A stretch of DNA of 64,000 nt from Phoronis australis (lineage: Eukaryota; Animalia; Phoronida), in contig NMRA01000038.1 in assembly GCA_002633005.1 (NCBI GenBank), positions 145,154 to 209,153 on the forward strand, given 5' to 3'. How positions within the stretch are numbered: position 1 is the stretch's first letter; each line of letters opens with the position of its first letter. The notes under the pieces are model-generated. The model ran no database searches. It worked only from the letters and a program-made list of their open reading frames with translations, and was not told the DNA's origin. Both the position numbers and the translations under genes were made by a program. This document shows positions 59,201-64,000 of the stretch, in pieces.

Positions 59201-62200
59201 ACAGTGGCACACATGGGGTATAATGGACAAACGAAATAATTGCATCCGTTTAAACGGTTACAGTCAACTCTCACTAAAAGTGTTCACCATGAACAAGACT
59301 ATTTTCTCCCGGGCAGTATTTTCCTCATTCATCGCAATTCTGTTTTAAGAACAGAATTCTAATCCCGTGAGCCACGTTCTTTCTCACGAACAGTGATGAA
59401 TATTTATTGTGCGTGATGAAAGAATTAAGCTCGCCTCGGCTGCTGTTAGAAAAGTACTGTGTTCATAAGAATAGACCTGACAGATCAACTGAGAACTTTC
59501 ATGCGAGAGTAATGCTGGCTACCATGGATTTGTAAATTGGAAAGATTTTAAAAATGACCAAACTATATGCGTGTTGTGACGACCGCCTGATTCCCTCTTC
59601 CGTAGTCATTACCGGTAACTAGTTCACTAAAGAGTACAGTACATGAAGTTTGCTGGGTCAGTGCAAAAGTGCGAACCAATTTATCAAACTCTTTGTTAAA
59701 CGAGCCGAGGGACTAATTGATATTTTCTAATAATATAACTAGAAACTGAGCCCTGAATTCAATGAAAATAAATAAGAATTAGTCCTTAAATTAGGGGCGT
59801 TGCGTGAAAAATCCCTATTTACTTTCGATAATTTTGAGAATTCAACGTCGAGTTCACTCTCGATTTGTATCAAAGCCAAAAAGTGACTTAGTAATGAAAC
59901 TAAAACAGCATAAGAAAGAACAATCGGTGTTTTCACAAGTCCACAAATTCGCAGTAGATTTAGGGAACTTAGTTCCATGCAACCGCGCGCAGCACTTTCC
60001 ATTATGAGAATTTGCGCTCGGGCATCAATTAACATTTTCTCCCCTACGAATGGACTCGTCCGACGGAGCTGTCGACATTCATTGAGCCAGCGTATACTCA
60101 ATGGGTTGCCTACCGAGCATATTATTCATAACCAGCATCGAAAAGCAGTGGATGTTTTTTTTTTTTCTTTAATCGCACATATTTATGCTATCGTGGAAAC
60201 ATGCAAAACAGAGACGCGGTTACGTTAGCTTTCGAAAGCGTTTGAAATTTTGACTTCGACGTTTTCCAGTATAGGACTACGTGAGTTGTATTTTTGTGAA
60301 AGGAAAGTTGGATTAAGCTGATGAAAGGAGTAGTATTAACTCGTCTATCATAAAACAGCTGTGCTGAGAGGAAAGGGCCTAAGTCTGTTATATTTACAGC
60401 AAAAATGCAAAAATCAAGGAAAAGCATAACAATCTTTATACTTTTTGGTCTCACGTGGTTAAGGTGGTCGGAATCCAAACGAGGTGAAGTGAAAATCGGT
60501 AAGTATTGTTTTTTCTAATGCACATATTTGTTTACATCAATTTATTTGACGAGTTGGACTTTTTCGCAACAAGACGGTCCCAATCTTCGACGGAACGATT
60601 GCTTTCTTGTATTTTGAAGGAGACTAGTGATGGCTGACGAGCAAGGAAGTTAAAACCAATTATCCAATTTTGAACATAAGAAACCAAATTTAACATGAAG
60701 AGCAAATATATTGAAATCAGACAAACCGTGCATAATTTCCTTTCTTCTTCGTCTCTGTTGATTTTTCGGTTAGTTGGTTGTTGTAATCGAACATGTTTGA
60801 CATTTTTAGTGTTGAAGCACGATATAGTGAAGAGGGCGACTCTTAGTGGAACTGATTACGATTATCTTCTAAGCGCTCGTTCTTGAGTGGAGGACCAGAT
60901 AGAAACTTAATGTATGCTGCGATCGTTTCCTTTCTTTAGTCCATTTTACAGACATCTGTTAACCTAGGTTTTCCAGTCATTTTGTTTCGTTAAGTGTCAA
61001 GAATTATTGAGCGCGTACAGACAGCTACTTCGTCAGACTCGTGATGTACTATACTAATAGCAAGCGACGCGAAACCACATGATTTCTGCGAGCAAAGCGT
61101 GGGCGAAGAAGAGTACAAAATTTAAACTTTTAATACTCGAAGATGAGTTTCCCATTCAATGCATTCGTAAATCGAGTTAGATCACTGAGTTTCATGGCAA
61201 TCTCAAAACAGGGTGAATCAAAACTGACGTAGTGACGACGGCATCGCACACTTCTCACTGTCAGAACATTCCCTTCCACTGCACATGCTATTCAAGTCAT
61301 AATTTCATATTTGAATGTTTGATTGGATATTCGTCCTGTGGAGAAGCACAGTATTCAACTGGGGGCCAAACCCGAAATTATTGACGACGGGGGTGGCGGG
61401 ACTGAAATTACTGAAAATATGGATATCAACGAACACGGTGCAAAAAGCAAAAATGCAGTGAGTTTCGAATCTGAAAGGTTTTTTTGTGGTGTGACAGCTT
61501 CAACTAAATATGCTATGAAGTTTTAAGAATATCAATACATAATCAATAATTGAAATTATTCATGATGAGAATTACTAACACATTTTGAAACAAAAATGCG
61601 CTTTGGCATTTCTTCTGTTTGTGAGGTCTCTGTCGTCCAGGCCACCTGTTGGCTGAAACCAAGGTGTACGTTCTTAGTTCGTTACCTACTGCCTTCAGTG
61701 ACCAACTTTCCCACATTATTTCAGTTATGTTTAGCTGTGAAGCGATCAATTGCGTCATCCGCGTTGCTCTTTCGTGTAGTACTAATGGTATTCTAGAAAC
61801 AGGTTCCTGTCGGTTAAAAGATAAAACTGAGTGTGTTCTAAATCCAAAGATTCTAAAAAATGTACTGTGAATGATTCAGAAATTCACCGACGAGACTACA
61901 GCGACATGTTATAAATCCGTCTTCTATAAAAAGACAAGTTCCGATTGAGATCGTTCACCGCTTTAAAGACGGCCTCAAATTGCTATGTTAAGTGTTTTCC
62001 GAGCTTGGTAAGAAATGGCAGCTCGTTATTGCATGAAGCCCGCTATATATGGTGGCTTGGGTTACTTTATGCGCTGAACATGGCTCATGAATAAAAAGAC
62101 GAGACCAGATTCATAACGATAAGTTTTCTCAATCAAAGTTAGTTTTTCGTTTGTTTCTTTTTGTTTTTTTTCCTTTTTTTGACCCAGGGAGGGTTCGTAT

Positions 62201-63606
62201 TTCGGAAGGAATTATGGGTTGATCTGTTGATTGTTTGGTGCACCCGGTAGTTTCGTAGCGGGATTGCGTATTGGCGAAGTTCATAAAATAAACATGGTTG
62301 TAGGTGAACGTTATGGCTATAAACGTGAATATCTCTGTGCAGTAGTAGTCGCATACAATGCGGACACTGGCGAAATACTGAGAATCCCATCAATATTAGC
62401 AACGAGGCCCTGTTGTCTGTCTGTACGTCTCGATAATATTGGTAAGCAGAAAATGCCGTAAAATAAACGTTCATAATATGATAATGTTATCTTTATTACT
62501 CATTAATTGTATTGTTAATGATAGTAAGAATAGTATTGCTATTCAGGATGAAGATAATAGCAACAAAAGTCTTGATAATTACGATTATTTGTTGCATTAA
62601 CACGGTGATACACATTGTTGTTTTGCAGAACAACGCTTTTGAATTCCTGCAACTCTTCCATGGTGTAATTTTCTTCTGTAGAGATCCGGTGGCGTTCGGC
62701 ATGAGGCCATTACGGGGATGTTAAATACTGAAACTACATTCATGTTAAAATTGATATAAATAGTTCAAATTGATTTACGGGGTGTTCCCCTGTTTAAACG
62801 GTAATTATGACAAAGCTGAGATAAGTAGGCCTAATGTGCACCAGACGACTGACATCAAAGTTTAAAACTCTTCCCACTGAATGACTTCATTATACACTCG
62901 TAGAAGCACGTGATTCGCCGTATGATCATCACTTACCGGTAAAACATTTTGAGGTAGGTAAACAGTGTGTCCTCTTATGCGAACGTACTGTCAGCGTAGG
63001 ATTAACATGTAGTCGAAACTTGGTTGTTTTCAGGTATTGCTATTCGTCATCAGGATGAGAAATCAGACAAATTTTGTCACAAAGTTTCCCGTATTGTGCC
63101 GTGTAGCTGAGAATCTTTCGACATGATTTTTCCATGTATGAATTTGTTGACGACATAGAAACTGAGAAAACAAAATGCGAACTCATATGTTTACTATTGA
63201 TTTTCAGTATTTGTGCAAACCAAAGTTTGTAAAATATTGATGTAATATCGAAAGTGTACTTATACTCAATCCTATATCATTACTTTTAGCTGTAAGCCGC
63301 CAATAGCTTGACGCTGAATATTTCAAAATGAACACATCTTCACATTCCATTATACGTGACTTATTACCCCGAGGATGTCAAGTATCTTGTCACTTAGCAA
63401 ATGACAAGCTCATTATATAGAGTTGTTGTCTTATTGAGCAACTGATGAATGGTGCGTCTGTTGTCAGTGATGAAAATAGTACACTACCCATATAGCTTGC
63501 AGGTGGAGGAGTCGCTGCAGCATCACCAACAGCGGCAGCACTAGTATTATGCACGTTTTGACAAACATCCCTCTTGCACTGCCCACACAGTTTGTAGGTG
63601 GAAGAA

Positions 63607-63676
63607 CAGCAGAAACAGCAGCAGCAGCTACAGCAACAGCAGCAGCAGCTACAGCAACAGCAGCAGCAGCAGTAGC
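63607..63676. repeat. Imperfect (CAG)n microsatellite
   Basis: CAG/CAA/CTA trinucleotide run. Other simple repeats: (AAT)n at 11131-11172 and a GA-rich run at 5250-5289. Confidence 0.9.
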
Positions 63677-64000
63677 AAGAACAGCACCGTTATTATACGT
63701 GTAGCAGACGTATTAATGAAGCAAAAATTGACAAACACCTCTCTTATATTATCTTCGGTATACAATATCCAACCCTCTTGTTTGCGATTTTTCTGTGCTC
63801 GTAAACCGCTCCAGTGCTTCGAAACTTTACGAATGAGCATCGTCCATTTCGCGCAGACGCGTAATTATGTTTATTGGTCATCAAATTGCGATTTGTTATT
63901 GAATTGTTTTTAACAAGGTGAGTGAGTCTAATTAATAGGCGTTTTAAAGTGCTATTACCGAGCGCAATGTAGATTTGATGGTGCATGTATGTTTACTTGT

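Noticed and set aside
62139-62724. Cluster of 68-111 aa ORFs on both strands
   Set aside because: No recognisable domain or consistent splice structure; partly low-complexity.
62870-63060. Possible hammerhead remnants (CTGAATGA...GTCGAAAC; minus CTGATGA...GAAAAC)
   Set aside because: Spacing and stem pairing do not fit, and there is no adjacent GIY-YIG remnant.

Overview
Intron-rich, AT-rich animal genomic DNA, most likely a marine invertebrate; the taxon cannot be fixed from sequence alone. One assembly gap lies at 2252-2290. Two conserved genes can be rebuilt exon by exon with GT-AG sites and matching phases. HACE1 (ankyrin-repeat HECT E3 ligase) is on the minus strand: 17 coding exons, 25587->10025, about 930 aa. 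MEI4 (meiotic double-strand-break factor) is on the plus strand: 5 coding exons, 27660->39625, about 421 aa. They sit head-to-head around a compact promoter with a TCTCGCGAGA palindrome and two ETS sites. An orphan 270-aa ORF (5310-6122, minus) lies downstream of HACE1. The rest is transposon debris. This includes two Penelope-like GIY-YIG 3' ends with hammerhead-ribozyme motifs, a deleted KolobokP-like element, hairpin-headed Crypton-like elements (one a tandem dimer with a tRNA-like cassette), several MITE families and tandem repeats. One alternating 77/74-bp satellite has multiplied a HACE1 exon end and its splice donor nine times. I recognise no host gene after about 40 kb. Family assignments come from remembered motifs, not database searches.
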